Part shown: one piece after another, positions 63,100 through 64,000 of the stretch
How positions within the stretch are numbered: position 1 is the stretch's first letter
Layout: every line of letters starts with the position of its first letter
NCBI GenBank assembly: GCA_017499595.2
Contig: CM039008.1
Location: 992,001-1,056,000, forward strand
Origin: Psilocybe cubensis
Taxonomy: Eukaryota
Length of the DNA stretch: 64,000 bases
Direction of reading: 5' to 3'
Program-made: the position numbers and the translations under genes
The notes under the pieces: generated by a model
The model's database searches: none
The model's input: only the letters and a program-made list of their open reading frames with translations
What the model was told of the DNA's origin: nothing

Positions 63100-64000
63100 G
63101 ACTTAATCTGAATTTACAGCAACAGCCTGACCCTTGCCGGCAAGATAAGCGCAAATTGTTGCAGCCTCATATGGAAAAGTGTATCTTTGTTGGGTATCCT
63201 GCCGGGTACAAGGGCTGGAAGTTTTACAATCCAGTTACCAAAAGGTTCATTATCTCTGAAAAAGCTGATTTTGACAAAAGGTGCTTCTCTGGAGTGTCTA
63301 CTGGTCACCCTTCAGATCAAAAGCCAATTGGCTTATGGTTGGTTCTTTAAATTTAAGCAAAATGCAGATGGCAGTATAGAGTGCTACAAGGCTTGTATTG
63401 TTGCCAAGGGCTATATATAGAGTCAGCTCCCTGGCATTGATTACCACAAGGTCTTTGCTCCTACTTTCTGTCCTACAACTTTATACTTGATTGTGGCTCT
63501 GGCAGCCATTGGAGACTTGAAGTTATACTCTGTTGATATTACAGCTGCTTTTAATAAAGGTGACCTAAATCTCCTCGTCTAGGTCACCTTTAGTAAAAGT
63601 AGCTGTAATATCAACAGAGCGCAACTTCAAGTCTCCAATGGCGGCCAGAGCCACAATCAAGTAGAAAGTAGCAGCGCGGAAAGTAGGAGCAAAGACTTTA
63701 TGGTAATTAATGCCCGGGGCATTTTGCTTGATTTTAAATACCCAACCACAGCCAATCGCCTTTTGACCCAGAGGGAGCTCAACTTGCTCCCAAGTTTGGT
63801 TGTGCTGCAACAGATTGAATTATGTATTTGTCAAAATTAAAGTCAGTGGAGTCTCACCCTGAATTGGGAGGTGGTGCGCTTGCAGAAGAAGTGGGAAGAA
63901 GATCAAACTTTGGCATAGGGCCAGTAGACACTCCAGGGAAGCAGCTATAATCGAAATCAGCTCTCTCACAGATAATGAACCTTTTGGTGACTGGGTTGTA
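63100..64000. mobile_element. Scrambled copia IN/RT fragments with a fold-back junction at ~63567
   Basis: Plus-strand IN/RT pieces run to AAAGGTGACCTA, then minus-strand RT from AATCTCCTCGTCTAGGTCACC, then a minus-strand IN piece. Confidence 0.85.

Overview
This is transposon-saturated eukaryotic DNA with no intact host gene that I can support. It is most likely from an agaricomycete fungus, judged by 50-63 nt GT-AG introns, Kyakuja CxC5/CxC6 and alpha-kinase relics, and strong CpG->TpG/CpA decay. From left to right: decayed repeats and tRNA-like sequences; an alpha-kinase relic; a Tc1 (DD34E) element abutting a truncated inverted copy of itself; a 5'-truncated hAT element containing a full-length Ty3/gypsy element (11267-21120, 4-bp TSD); a CpG-retaining island with an array of about 20 conserved hairpins separated by variable spacers (26350-27971); a 991-bp CAC..GTG foldback element; a Kyakuja transposase relic; nested pogo elements; and a >20-kb self-nested cluster of one Ty1/copia family, including a tandem dimer sharing an LTR, an inverted copy inserted into it, and older copies. 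The two most unusual items are a 7-exon antisense gene carried by the gypsy element and the hairpin/spacer array with a minus-strand intron. All calls were made by eye; no searches or alignments were run.
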